Positions 18,711 to 28,558 of a DNA stretch of 43,566 nt are shown in pieces. The stretch is from a virus (taxonomy: Duplodnaviria > Caudoviricetes), in IMG/VR virus record IMGVR_UViG_3300024309_000002, positions 1 to 43,566 of that record; one strand, 5' to 3'. The notes beneath the pieces are model-generated. The model was given only the letters and a program-made list of their open reading frames with translations. It searched no databases and was not told the origin of the DNA. How positions within the stretch are numbered: the first letter of the stretch is position 1; every line of letters begins with the position of its first letter. The position numbers and the translations under genes are program-made.

Positions 18711-19178
18711 GTGATCGTCGTGAAGCGCGTCAGCGCGGACGAATTTCTCGCCCGCCCCGAAGTCCCCGCCTTGCTCGCCGAGTACGCGAATGAATCGCGC
18801 ATCGGCGGCCTGCCTGCGCCCGCCCCCGACGCCGACCTGTACCGGGCCATGTATGCCAGCGGCACGATGCACCCGCTTGTCGCCTTCGACGGCGACGTGA
18901 TGGTGGGTTTCGCCGTGCTGATCGTGTACCGCAATCCGCACTATGGCGTCGTGATGGGCGTGCTCGAAAGCCTGTTCGTTGGCGGTGAATACCGCAGCGG
19001 TGGCGCGGGCCTGCAACTGCTCAAGATCGCCGAGACGTTCGCCGCTGGCATTGGGGCCGTGGGCCTGTTCGTCAGCGCGCCCGACGAGTCGCGCCTCGCG
19101 CAGATCATGGACGCCAAGCGCAGCTACACGCTGACCAACCGCGCCTACTTCAAGCCGCTTACCGAGGGCCAGTCATGA
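18711..19178 (+). CDS. GNAT-family acetyltransferase
   Basis: LFV..EYR.GGAG..LL..AE motif A; SD AGGAG before the GTG start. Confidence 0.75.
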   Translation: MIVVKRVSADEFLARPEVPALLAEYANESRIGGLPAPAPDADLYRAMYASGTMHPLVAFDGDVMVGFAVLIVYRNPHYGVVMGVLESLFVGGEYRSGGAGLQLLKIAETFAAGIGAVGLFVSAPDESRLAQIMDAKRSYTLTNRAYFKPLTEGQS

Positions 19179-19633
19179 GCGAGATCGCCACACTGCCGCC
19201 CGTGCTGCCGCCATCGAGCGAGCGCACCATCGCCTTTGTCGATGAAGTCGCCCGTCGCCATTTGCAGGAACCGCAGCCGATCATCTTCACGCACCACGTC
19301 CTGCACGGCGGCGTGTACGCGCGCACGATGATGATCCACGCCGGGCAGCAGATCACCAGCACGCTCATCAAGGTGCCGACCGTGCTCACGATCTGCGGCG
19401 ACTGCGAAGTGCTCGCGGGCGATGGCAACACCTACCACGTGCAGGGCTTTCAAGTGCTGGCCGCCAGTGCTGGCCGCAAGCAAGCCTACATCGCGCACGA
19501 GGACACATTCGTCACGATGGCCTTCGCCACGGACGCCAAAACCATCGAAGAAGCCGAAGAACAGTTCACCGACGAGGCCGACCGGCTTCTGTCGCGCGTC
19601 GGCGAGAACACCATCATCATTACGGGAGAATAG
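19175..19633 (+). CDS. Cupin-fold-like hypothetical protein
   Basis: H..HGGVYARTM.I.AG......G.K....AHEDT...T pattern of a beta-barrel phage protein. Confidence 0.55.
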   Translation: MSEIATLPPVLPPSSERTIAFVDEVARRHLQEPQPIIFTHHVLHGGVYARTMMIHAGQQITSTLIKVPTVLTICGDCEVLAGDGNTYHVQGFQVLAASAGRKQAYIAHEDTFVTMAFATDAKTIEEAEEQFTDEADRLLSRVGENTIIITGE

Positions 19634-19635
19634 CC

Positions 19636-19989
19636 ATGTCCGGTGCCGTTACCGCTACCGCCGTGGGCCTGGGGGCTTCGGCCCTTGGCGCAACAACCGC
19701 CGTCGCCGTGGGCGCTGGCCTTGCCGCTGGCGCTGTCGCTATGACGCAAGGCCAGCAAGCACAGCGTGCTGCGAACGCTGCACAATCGGCACCGTTGCCT
19801 GCGCCGACCGCCCCCAACGCGCCCCCACAAGCGACGCCCGCCCCTTCCGAGCAGGCCAACCGCAACGCCACGTCGTCGGCGGCAGGCGGCGGCATGACGG
19901 CAGGCAACGCCTCGACGCTGCTCACGGGCGCGCAAGGCGTGCAGCAGGGCGACGAAACCCTGGGTCGAAACACCTTGCTCGGCGGTTAA
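19636..19989 (+). CDS. Small Ala/Gly-rich virion-associated protein
   Basis: Hydrophobic G/A N-terminus and C-terminal TLLTG...TLLGG typical of the pre-portal gene in these podoviruses; SD GGGAG. Confidence 0.65.
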   Translation: MSGAVTATAVGLGASALGATTAVAVGAGLAAGAVAMTQGQQAQRAANAAQSAPLPAPTAPNAPPQATPAPSEQANRNATSSAAGGGMTAGNASTLLTGAQGVQQGDETLGRNTLLGG

Positions 19990-19992
19990 GAC

Positions 19993-21732
19993 ATGGCCCG
20001 CCCCGAAGTACCACTCCGGCAGCGCCTGCTTGCACGCAAGAGCGCTATCTGGCAAGAGCGCACCACGTGGATTCAGCGCTACCGCGAAGTCACGGACATC
20101 TTGCTGCCGTACTCGGGGCGCTATTTTGCGAGCGATCACAACAAGGGCAACAAGACCTTCAACTCGATCCTCGACTCCACGGCCACGGGCGCGCTGGACA
20201 TCGCCAGCGCTGGCCTCATGTCCGGCGTCACCTCGCCCGCCCGCCCCTGGTTCCAGCTTGCCACACCTGACCGCGACTTGATGGAGTACGACCCGGTGCG
20301 TCGCTGGCTCGCGCTCGTCGCCAAGATGATGCGCGACATCTTCAACAAGTCGAACACCTACAACTCGCTGCACACGATGTATGAGGAGTTGCTCGCGTTC
20401 GCCACGAGCGCAAGCATCGTTGAGGGCGACTTCCACAACGTGATCCACCAGACCGTGTTGACGGCGGGCGAGTACGGCATCGCCGTGGACGACAAGGGCC
20501 GGGTCAATACCCTGGTGCGCGAGTTCGAGATGACGATGATGCAAGTCGTCGAAAAGTTCGTCGTGCGGCCCGATGGCACGATGGACTGGTCTGTCGTCTC
20601 GCCCACGGTGAAAAACGCCTGGGACTTGAACAAGAACCTCGACCAGTGGATGAGCATCGTTCACATCGTTCAGCCGCGCGACCAGCGCGACGTACGCAAG
20701 CGCGACCAGCGCAACATGCGCTTTGGCTCCTACTACCTGGAACCGGGGCGCGACAACGTGGACATCGCGGGCGAGCACCTGCTGCGCGAGTCCGGCTACA
20801 ACACCTTCCCCGTGCTCGCGCCTCGCTGGAACGTGCGCGGTGGCGACATCTACGGCAACGGGCCGTCGTTCCGTGCGCTTGGCGACATTCGCCAGTTGCA
20901 ACAGGAACAGTTGCGTAAAGGGCAGGCCATCGACTTCCAGACCAAGCCCCCGATTCAAGTGCCATCCGACCGGAAAAACTCGCACCTGTCGATGCTGCCG
21001 GGCGGCGTGTCCTACATCCCGATGGGCCAGACCGCGCAGCCCGCGACACCCTTGTTCACGTCCGACCTGCGACTCGACCATTTGCTGCTCGACATCCAGG
21101 ACGTACGCCAACGGATCAACCGCAATTTCTTCGTCGATCTGTTCCTCATGATCTCGCAGGACAACCGCCGCACCCCCGCGACGGCTACCGAGATCGCCGA
21201 GCGGCAAGAGGAAAAGATGCTCGTGCTCGGCCCGGTGCTTGAGCGCTTGCACAACGAACTACTCTCGCCGCTGATCGAAACGACCTTCGCGCGCATGGTG
21301 GCGGCTGGCATCCTGCCGCGCCCGCCGCGCGAGTTGCAGAACATGGAGTTGTCCGTCGAGTTCATCTCGATCATGGCCCAGGCGCAAAAGATGATTGGCC
21401 TGGGTTCGCTCGACCGGATGCTCGGCACGGTGGGCCAGCTTGCCGCAGGTACGGGCGACCCGTCCGTGTGGGACAAGATCGACCTGGACAAGACGATCAA
21501 TCACTACTCCGACATGCTCGGCGTCGATCCCGAGGTGATGCGAAACGACGAAGGCGTCGCCATCATCCGCACGGAACGCGCGAAAGCGCAGCAGGCACAG
21601 CAGACCCTCGCCGCTACGCAGCAGGCTGCCGGGGCCGCGAAAGACCTGTCGGCGGCTGATCTGTCGGGCAACAACGCGCTCACCTCGGTTGTGCAGAAAC
21701 TCACGGGCTACAACGCGCCGCTGTCGCAGTAG
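19993..21732 (+). CDS. Portal (head-to-tail connector) protein
   Basis: L.SG.TSP.RPWF, RW....G..YG.GP and TATEI.ER..EK...LGPVLERL..E.L.PLI motifs of T7-type portals. Confidence 0.93.
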   Translation: MARPEVPLRQRLLARKSAIWQERTTWIQRYREVTDILLPYSGRYFASDHNKGNKTFNSILDSTATGALDIASAGLMSGVTSPARPWFQLATPDRDLMEYDPVRRWLALVAKMMRDIFNKSNTYNSLHTMYEELLAFATSASIVEGDFHNVIHQTVLTAGEYGIAVDDKGRVNTLVREFEMTMMQVVEKFVVRPDGTMDWSVVSPTVKNAWDLNKNLDQWMSIVHIVQPRDQRDVRKRDQRNMRFGSYYLEPGRDNVDIAGEHLLRESGYNTFPVLAPRWNVRGGDIYGNGPSFRALGDIRQLQQEQLRKGQAIDFQTKPPIQVPSDRKNSHLSMLPGGVSYIPMGQTAQPATPLFTSDLRLDHLLLDIQDVRQRINRNFFVDLFLMISQDNRRTPATATEIAERQEEKMLVLGPVLERLHNELLSPLIETTFARMVAAGILPRPPRELQNMELSVEFISIMAQAQKMIGLGSLDRMLGTVGQLAAGTGDPSVWDKIDLDKTINHYSDMLGVDPEVMRNDEGVAIIRTERAKAQQAQQTLAATQQAAGAAKDLSAADLSGNNALTSVVQKLTGYNAPLSQ

Positions 21733-21734
21733 CA

Positions 21735-21770
21735 CCCCGTGGCCTTGATCGAGAAACGCGCACGTAACGT
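21735..21770 (+). promoter_or_regulatory. Putative late promoter element 3 (upstream of the head genes)
   Basis: CCCCGTGGCCTT-N18-TAACGT. Confidence 0.65.
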
Positions 21771-21778
21771 ATCGCCCT

Positions 21779-22147
21779 ATGACATCAGAACACAACCCGC
21801 TTGATCTTCCTGGTCAAGATCGCGCCGAGGCTGATAAGGCCGAGGATGAGCGTCTAGCGAGGGAGCGAGAGAAAAGTGATCTCTGTGTGGTCATGGGAAG
21901 TAAAGAGGGCCGCCGTGTTGTGTGGCGACTGCTCGAAGCGGCTGGCATACATCGCATTAGCTTTGTGGCTGGCGACCCGCTTGCAACGGCGTTCAACGAG
22001 GGCCAGCGCAATCTCGGGTTGATGCTTCAAGCGGAAGTCGAAGCCGCTTCGCAAAAGCGCTTCATCGACATGATGCGGGAAGCCCAAGAGCAAAAGGAAC
22101 GTGATGAGCAACGAAACGCAGACCGCCGAAACCGCAGCGCCGAGTAG
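21779..22147 (+). CDS. Bbp19-like phage protein
   Basis: V.....GRR.VW.LL...G...SF.......AFNEG.RN.GL motif between portal and scaffold. Confidence 0.75.
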   Translation: MTSEHNPLDLPGQDRAEADKAEDERLAREREKSDLCVVMGSKEGRRVVWRLLEAAGIHRISFVAGDPLATAFNEGQRNLGLMLQAEVEAASQKRFIDMMREAQEQKERDEQRNADRRNRSAE

Positions 22148-22811
22148 CACGCCCGCTACCGCCGCGCCTGCTGCGCCAGCCACGAGCACGCCGACACCGG
22201 CACCCGCTCCGGCTGCACAGCCCGCTACGCCCGAGAGCACGCTCCTGGGCGGTGGCGCTGCACCCGCCACGCCCGAGCAGGGCCAGCCCGCTACGCCGCA
22301 AGCCGCCCCCGAGGCGAAACCCGACGAGCAGCCTGCTACTGCCGAGCCGGTCAACTACGACGATCTGCAAGCCCCCGAGGGCGCGCAATTCAACCCGGAA
22401 TCGTTGGGCGAGTTCAAAGCCCTGGCGACCGAGATGAAGCTGCCCAAAGAGCAGGCGCAAAAACTGGCCGACCTGGGCGTCAAGGCCATTCAGCGCCAGC
22501 AGGAACAGTTCATGCAAGCCATCGCTGCCGAGCACGCCCGGTGGGCGGAAGCCTCGCGCACCGACCCGGAATATGGGGGCGACAAGCTGGACGAAAGCCT
22601 GGGCCTTGCTAACCGCGCGCTGTCGGAATTCGCCAGCCCCGAGATGCTCAAGCTGCTCACCGAAAACAAGTTGGGCAATCACCCCGAGATCATCCGTACC
22701 TTCGTTCGCGTGGGCCGGGCGATCAGCGAGGATCGACTTGTGACCGGGGCTACCAAGCCCCCGGTGCGTGATGCGCGCAACTTCTACCCCAATTCCAACC
22801 ATACCGCGTAA
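22104..22811 (+). CDS. Capsid scaffolding/assembly protein
   Basis: Pro/Ala-rich N-terminus, L..EQAQ, DPEYGG and LGNHP..IR....G..ISED motifs; directly before the MCP (alternative GTG start at 22101). Confidence 0.8.
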   Translation: MSNETQTAETAAPSSTPATAAPAAPATSTPTPAPAPAAQPATPESTLLGGGAAPATPEQGQPATPQAAPEAKPDEQPATAEPVNYDDLQAPEGAQFNPESLGEFKALATEMKLPKEQAQKLADLGVKAIQRQQEQFMQAIAAEHARWAEASRTDPEYGGDKLDESLGLANRALSEFASPEMLKLLTENKLGNHPEIIRTFVRVGRAISEDRLVTGATKPPVRDARNFYPNSNHTA

Positions 22812-22823
22812 CGGAGAACGAAC

Positions 22824-23834
22824 ATGGCTACTCTCGCCAATACTCACCCCACGCTGCTGGACATCAAGAATCGTCTCGACCCGAACGGGCAAGTCGCCCA
22901 GGTTATCGAGATGCTGAACCAGCAAAACGAAATCCTGGAAGATGCCGTCTGGATCGAGGCCAACGAATTGACCGGCCACACCACCAGCATCCGCACGGGT
23001 ATCCCCGAGCCGACGTTCCGCAAGCTGTACGGCGGCGTGCAGCCCACCAAGAGCACCAGCGTCAAGGTCAAGGAAGGTCTTGGCATGTTGGAAAACTATG
23101 CCGAGGTGGACAAGGCACTGGCCGACCTGAACGGGAATTCGGCCTCTTGGCGTCTGTCCGAAGAAAGCGCCTTCATCGAAGGCTTCGGCCAAAAGCTGTC
23201 GCGCTACATGATCTACGGTAGCGAGGCCACGGAACCCGAAGGCTTCACCGGCTTCGCTCCGCGTTTCAATGCCACGGATGCGGTCAACGGCGGCAACATC
23301 ATCATGCCGTCTGGCGGCGCGTCTGGCAGTGACAACACCTCGTTGTGGGTCATCGGGTGGGGGCCGCTGTCCGCACACATGATCTACCCGAAGGGTTCGC
23401 AAGCTGGCCTGCAAATCCATGACAAAGGCCAAGTCACCATCGAAAACATCGATGGCAACGGTGGCCGTATGGAAGCCTACCGCACTCACTACAAGTGGGA
23501 CGCCGGGCTTGTCGTGCGCGATTGGCGCTACGTAGTTCGCATCGTGTTCGATCCGAATACTGTTGGTGCCGAAAAAGAAGGCTACACCGGCCCTCTGTTG
23601 CGCGACATGCTGGCGAAGGCAATGCGCCGCATCCCGAATCTGAACAACTGCCGCCCTGCGATCTACATGAACCGGGATTCGCTCGACGCCTTCGACCTGC
23701 AAATGAACCGCGACCCTCTGTTGTCGTTCACCACCCAGGAGAACGCACAAGGCAAATTCGTCACGACCTTCCGGGGTGTGCCGATCCGCCGCGTCGATCA
23801 AATTCTGTCCACCGAAGCGGCTCCTGCCGCCTAA
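22824..23834 (+). CDS. Major capsid protein (Bbp17-like)
   Basis: IEML.Q.NEIL.D, R...G.Q, F.G...R, RDWRYVVRI and FRGVPIRRVD.I..TE motifs; SD GGAG; strong codon bias. Confidence 0.93.
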   Translation: MATLANTHPTLLDIKNRLDPNGQVAQVIEMLNQQNEILEDAVWIEANELTGHTTSIRTGIPEPTFRKLYGGVQPTKSTSVKVKEGLGMLENYAEVDKALADLNGNSASWRLSEESAFIEGFGQKLSRYMIYGSEATEPEGFTGFAPRFNATDAVNGGNIIMPSGGASGSDNTSLWVIGWGPLSAHMIYPKGSQAGLQIHDKGQVTIENIDGNGGRMEAYRTHYKWDAGLVVRDWRYVVRIVFDPNTVGAEKEGYTGPLLRDMLAKAMRRIPNLNNCRPAIYMNRDSLDAFDLQMNRDPLLSFTTQENAQGKFVTTFRGVPIRRVDQILSTEAAPAA

Positions 23835-23869
23835 GCGGGCGCATCCCAAGAACTCAAGGAGAATCGACC

Positions 23870-24331
23870 ATGATTATCGACAAGCGCAACGAGTTCGCCG
23901 ACGCGCTCGCCCTGAACACGGGCGCGCCGGGGACTTTCCTCCTGGGCGACGTGATCGACACGCAAGCGCCGACCATCAGCCCCAACACCACGCTCGACCA
24001 GGAAGGCTCCGATCTGTACCTGTTCGTGAGCGTAGACACGAAGGCGACCTCGGCGGGCGATGCCACGCTGCAAATCAAGCTGGTGTCTGACGCCCAGGCG
24101 GCTATCTCCACCAACGGAACCGCGACCGAGCACATCGTGCTGCCGGTCAAGGCTGTTGCTGACCTGACCGCTGGCGCGGTGCTCGGCTGCGTGCGCCTGC
24201 CATCGGGCAGCTACGAGCGTTACCTGGGCATCCTGCAAGTAACAGGCGAGGCCGCGTTTACGGCGGGCAAGATCAATGCCTTCCTGACCTCCGACCCGGC
24301 GATCTGGCGGCCCTACGCCGATAACGTCTAA
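23870..24331 (+). CDS. Capsid cement/decoration protein (Bbp16-like)
   Basis: MIIDK..EF.D...RYLG......T.GKINAFL motif directly after the MCP; SD AAGGAG. Confidence 0.8.
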   Translation: MIIDKRNEFADALALNTGAPGTFLLGDVIDTQAPTISPNTTLDQEGSDLYLFVSVDTKATSAGDATLQIKLVSDAQAAISTNGTATEHIVLPVKAVADLTAGAVLGCVRLPSGSYERYLGILQVTGEAAFTAGKINAFLTSDPAIWRPYADNV

Positions 24332-24342
24332 GGGGGTAGACG

Positions 24343-24603
24343 ATGGCTGAACAGACCCCCAAGCAGACGGGTGTTATTACCATCGTCGCTGTCGAGCGCG
24401 GTTTCCTCGGTGGCGCGATGGTGGAACCCAACGCGAAATTCAACTGGCCTGCTGACAAGCCGCTGCCGAAGTGGGCGGCCAAAGAAGGCGACCAACGGCT
24501 TGCGCGAGCCAAGCGCCCGATCACGGCTGCCGACCTGAAACCGCAGGCGATCAACGACGCGGTACGAGGCAAGGCCGAGGCATTGCGAAACGAGTTCGCC
24601 TGA
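24343..24603 (+). CDS. Hypothetical virion-module protein, 86 aa
   Basis: SD GGGGG; fits between the cement gene and a terminator. Confidence 0.6.
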   Translation: MAEQTPKQTGVITIVAVERGFLGGAMVEPNAKFNWPADKPLPKWAAKEGDQRLARAKRPITAADLKPQAINDAVRGKAEALRNEFA

Positions 24604-24624
24604 ACCCCACCGGGAAATCAGGCC

Positions 24625-24663
24625 ACGGGGGCGGGCGGCTATCGCCTCGCCCCCGTTCCATTT
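24625..24663 (+). terminator. Hairpin after the capsid gene block
   Basis: ACGGGGGCG...CGCCCCCGT stem followed by TCCATTT. Confidence 0.5.
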
Positions 24664-24676
24664 ATAGGGGCATGGC

Positions 24677-25279
24677 GTGGCATCGAAAATCGACATTTGG
24701 AATCTGGCACTCTCGCACGTCGGTACGGCGGCGACCATTGCCGACCCCGACGAGCAAAGCGTGCAGGCCAACCACTGCCGCCGCTTTTATCCGGCGGCCC
24801 TGGGCTGCGCGCTTGAGCGGCACTCGTGGCGCTTTGCGTCACGTCGCGCGCGTCTCGTCCAAGTCAACAACAACATGAACCAGTGGGCTTTCGCCTACGC
24901 GCTGCCGAACCTGTGCGTGCGGCCCCGCGCGGTGCTGTGGCCCGACGCCCAGGACGATTCGGACGAACAGCCCTACGAGGTCGAAGGCACGGACACGGTA
25001 GACATCCTGTACACCAACGTCGAGAACGCCGTGCTCAAGTACACGGCGCTCGTCGAGGACGTGAACCGCTTTTCGCCGTACTTCAAACTCACGCTGTCCT
25101 ACGATCTGGCCGTGCTGCTGGTGGGGCCGCTATCCAAGGACGTGCAGATGAAAGCGCGGCTCATGCAGGCCGTGCAGTATTACGTCGGGCTGGCCCAGGC
25201 TGCCGACGCGAATAGCGGGTTGAGCACCACCTACAACGACTTCACCCCTGAACACTTGAAGGCGCGCAATGGGTACTAA
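24677..25279 (+). CDS. Tail adaptor (tail tubular protein A-like)
   Basis: S.IDI.NLAL..VG...H.W.FA...W..AY.LP motif. Confidence 0.8.
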   Translation: MASKIDIWNLALSHVGTAATIADPDEQSVQANHCRRFYPAALGCALERHSWRFASRRARLVQVNNNMNQWAFAYALPNLCVRPRAVLWPDAQDDSDEQPYEVEGTDTVDILYTNVENAVLKYTALVEDVNRFSPYFKLTLSYDLAVLLVGPLSKDVQMKARLMQAVQYYVGLAQAADANSGLSTTYNDFTPEHLKARNGY

Positions 25280-27824
25280 GATCGAAACCCTGCAACGCTC
25301 GTTCGCGGGCGGCGAGATCGGGCCGGAACTACACGGGCGCATCGACCTGACGAAGTACCAGACGGGCCTCTCGCGCTGCGAGAACTTCATCGTGTTACCG
25401 CACGGCCCGGTGCAGAACCGCCCCGGCTTCGAGTACCTGAACCTCACCCGCGCGCAGAACGATACTGCCGCCCCCAAGGTGCGGATCATCCCGTTCTCGT
25501 TCAACACTGAACAGACCTACGTGATCGAGTTGGGCGCGGGCTACATCCGCTTCTACACGCAAGGCTCTACGCTGCTCGGGGCTGCCAGCCTGGACATCAC
25601 CGGCATCTCGCAGAACAACCCGTGCGAAGTGACCTACGACGGCGACGATCCTGCCGAGGGCGCGTACATCTACCTGTCCGGGATCGGGGGCATGACGTGG
25701 CTCAACGGGCGCTTTGTGCAGGCCCGCAACGTCGTCACGGCGGCCAACACCTTCGAGGTGTGGGACGATGACGGCCCGGTTGACTCGTCGAACTATCCAG
25801 CCTACACAAGCGGCGGTACGGTGCGTTTCCCCTACTCCCTCACGACCGATTACACAGAAGCGGAACTGTTCGATATCCGTTTCGTGCAGTCTGCCGACGT
25901 GCTCACGCTCGTCCACCCAAACCATCCGCCGCGTGAACTGCGCCGCCTGGGGGCGACTTCCTGGGCGCTCGTGGACATTGAGTTTTTGCCGACTATTGCC
26001 GCCCCAGGCGCGCCGACAGTGACAGCGCACGTCGCCCCCCTGCCAAGTGGCGCGCCCGCCGACACTCCCGTCGAGTATTTCTATAAGGTGACGGCGGTGG
26101 CCGCCGACACGCTAGAGGAATCGCTCGCATCGGAATCAGCCAGCGCCTCGGTGGACTTGAGCCGACAAGGTAATTACAACGCAATCGTCCCGCCTGCCGT
26201 CGAGGGGGCGGTGCGCTACAACATCTACAAGCTGGACGGGGTATATGGCTACATCGGCCAGTCTGACGGCGGCGAGTTCCGCGACGTGAACATCACGGCG
26301 AACATTAGCCAGACGCCGCCCGAGAACAAAAACCCTTTTACGACCCACGGTATTTCTTCCGTGCCGGTCATCGCAGGCGGTAATGGGTACGGCCCGGCGG
26401 CCACGCTCGAAGTCACTGATGACAAGGGCAGTGGGGCCAAACTCACCCCCATCATTGGTGAGGGGGGCATCGTCACCGGGGTGCGCGTCGATTCTCCTGG
26501 CGAAAATTACACTGCGCCGACCGTAACCTGGGCAGATGCGGCAGGCGGCAGCGGCGCGGAGTTTGGCCCGGCAGAATTGACCCCGGACAATTTCCCTGGC
26601 GCTGTGGGCTATTACGAGCAGCGACGTTGCTTCGCAGGTACGGGCATCATGCCGCAAAACTTTTGGGCGACGCGCTCGGCTACCGAGAACAACATCTCGT
26701 ACTCCATCCCGACGCGCGATGACGATTCGATCCAGTTCCGCATCGCCGCGCGCGAGGTCAACCGGGTGCAACATATCCTGTCACTCGACGTGCTGATTTT
26801 GCTCACCACGGGCGGCGAGTGGAAAATTGCCCCTCAAAACTCTGACGTGCTCACTCCTACCTCGGCCTCGCCTAAGCAATTCTCGGCGGAAGGAGCGAGC
26901 CGTGTATCCCCCGTTATAACGGCGAGCAGCGTAATCTTCGTGCAGGAGGCCGGGCGTCGGCTGCGCGAGATGAAGTACAAGTGGGAGGCCAACGGCCTCA
27001 CTACGGAGGACATCTCGCTCATGGCTCCTCACCTGTTCGACGATTACAAGATCGTCGATATGGCTTATGCCAAATCACCCCACCGGCTGATCTGGTGTGT
27101 GCGATCCGATGGCGCGCTGCTGTGCCTGACGTACCTGCCCGAACAGCAAGTCCTCGCGTGGAGCCAACACAAGACAGACGGGCTTTTCAAGTCCATCGCC
27201 TGCATCCAGGAGGACGGGGAATACACGCTCTACGCGGTTGTTGAGCGCACCTTGCAGGGCAAGCAACGCAACTGCGTCGAGCGGATGCGAAAGCGCATAT
27301 CCAACGTGCAGGCCGACGCCTACTTCGTTGACTGTGGCCTGACGTACAACGGGCCGCCGACTTCGACCGTGCGCGGCCTGTGGCATCTTGAAGGCCGTCG
27401 CGTGACGATCCTGGCGGACGGCGCTGTCGTGCCGACGCAGGTTGTGCAGAACGGCGCGATCACGTTGGCCCAAGAGGCAAGCGTGATCCATATCGGCCTG
27501 CCCATGATCGCGTACTTGCAGACCCTACCGCTGGCGTTCCAGGCCCAGGCAGCCGGACAGGGCTACACCAAAAACATCAACGCGGTGTACTTCCGGGTGA
27601 AGGAAACCTCGGGCCTCGAAATTGGGCCGACGTTCGACGAACTCAACGAGTGGACGTTGCGGCGATCTGGCGACACCAGCCTGTCGCCCGCGCTCTATTC
27701 CGGCTTGAGCGAATTCCCCATCATGCCCGAGTGGGGCATGGACGCCTCTGTGTGCATCCGGCAGGCCGCCCCCCTACCCGCGACCATCCTCTCCATGACC
27801 ATCGACGCCACGATAGGCGGCTAG
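25269..27824 (+). CDS. Tail nozzle/stabilisation protein (tail tubular protein B-like), 851 aa
   Basis: SF.GGEI.P....R.D...Y......NF.....G....RPG N-terminus, ...HLEG..V....DG and C-terminal Q..PLP..I. Confidence 0.85.
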   Translation: MGTKIETLQRSFAGGEIGPELHGRIDLTKYQTGLSRCENFIVLPHGPVQNRPGFEYLNLTRAQNDTAAPKVRIIPFSFNTEQTYVIELGAGYIRFYTQGSTLLGAASLDITGISQNNPCEVTYDGDDPAEGAYIYLSGIGGMTWLNGRFVQARNVVTAANTFEVWDDDGPVDSSNYPAYTSGGTVRFPYSLTTDYTEAELFDIRFVQSADVLTLVHPNHPPRELRRLGATSWALVDIEFLPTIAAPGAPTVTAHVAPLPSGAPADTPVEYFYKVTAVAADTLEESLASESASASVDLSRQGNYNAIVPPAVEGAVRYNIYKLDGVYGYIGQSDGGEFRDVNITANISQTPPENKNPFTTHGISSVPVIAGGNGYGPAATLEVTDDKGSGAKLTPIIGEGGIVTGVRVDSPGENYTAPTVTWADAAGGSGAEFGPAELTPDNFPGAVGYYEQRRCFAGTGIMPQNFWATRSATENNISYSIPTRDDDSIQFRIAAREVNRVQHILSLDVLILLTTGGEWKIAPQNSDVLTPTSASPKQFSAEGASRVSPVITASSVIFVQEAGRRLREMKYKWEANGLTTEDISLMAPHLFDDYKIVDMAYAKSPHRLIWCVRSDGALLCLTYLPEQQVLAWSQHKTDGLFKSIACIQEDGEYTLYAVVERTLQGKQRNCVERMRKRISNVQADAYFVDCGLTYNGPPTSTVRGLWHLEGRRVTILADGAVVPTQVVQNGAITLAQEASVIHIGLPMIAYLQTLPLAFQAQAAGQGYTKNINAVYFRVKETSGLEIGPTFDELNEWTLRRSGDTSLSPALYSGLSEFPIMPEWGMDASVCIRQAAPLPATILSMTIDATIGG

Positions 27825-27825
27825 G

Positions 27826-27859
27826 CCGTGGCCTTGTCTCGGCGGGCGGCGGTTACGCT
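27826..27859 (+). promoter_or_regulatory. Putative late promoter element 4 (upstream of the ejection proteins)
   Basis: CCGTGGCCTT-N18-TACGCT. Confidence 0.6.
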
Positions 27860-27884
27860 CGCCGAACATATGAAGGAATAAATC

Positions 27885-28556
27885 ATGTCGGGAGCAGCCA
27901 GCGCAGGAGGTGCCGCACAGGCCATGTCGATCATCGGTTTGGGAACCCAAATCGGCGGCATGGTGGGCGGCGCTTCGACTGCGAAAGCCAACGCGAAAAT
28001 TCAGCAAGCGCAGTTGAACTCGCAAGCGGACGCCTATGCCTATCAGGCCAAGGTGAGCCGTAACAACGCGATGGTTGCCGAGTGGCAAGCGCGCAGCGCC
28101 ATCGCCGCCGGGGGCAAGCAAGAACAGGCCCTGCAACTCAAAACAGCGGCGCTTGAAGGCGCGCAGCGCGCCCGGCTGGCGGCCAACGGCGTCGATGTCA
28201 CCCAGGGTAGTGCCGCGAATATCCTGGCCGACACGAGGTATATGGGCCAGCGTGATGTGGACACCGTGCGGCTGACCGCTGCGCAGCGGGCATGGGCCTA
28301 CCGCACGCAAGGACAAAACGAACTCGACAACGCCGCCATGCTCGACACGACGGCGGCCAACACCCGGCGCGGTGCGTCCACAATCAGTCCAAGCGGTGCC
28401 TACATGGGTTCCCTGCTCACTGGCGCGGGCCAAGTCGCCTCGGGCTGGTACAAGTATTCGGAAGCCTTCGCCCCGCCGTCCGGTGTCGATCCGGCCATCA
28501 TCAACGCGGCCAACGGGACGGACGACCCCATCGGCTACCTCGCTTTGAATCTATAG
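27885..28556 (+). CDS. Internal virion (ejection) protein 1
   Basis: Ala/Gln-rich helical protein with G.Q.A..AA.GVD...GSA motif; SD AAGGA. Confidence 0.75.
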   Translation: MSGAASAGGAAQAMSIIGLGTQIGGMVGGASTAKANAKIQQAQLNSQADAYAYQAKVSRNNAMVAEWQARSAIAAGGKQEQALQLKTAALEGAQRARLAANGVDVTQGSAANILADTRYMGQRDVDTVRLTAAQRAWAYRTQGQNELDNAAMLDTTAANTRRGASTISPSGAYMGSLLTGAGQVASGWYKYSEAFAPPSGVDPAIINAANGTDDPIGYLALNL

Positions 28557-28558
28557 CC

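Noticed and set aside
24620-24630. Reverse-strand copy of the late motif (AGGCCACGGGG) as an antisense promoter
   Set aside because: No YAnnnT at the 18-nt spacing on the minus strand and it overlaps a terminator-like stem; at most a binding site
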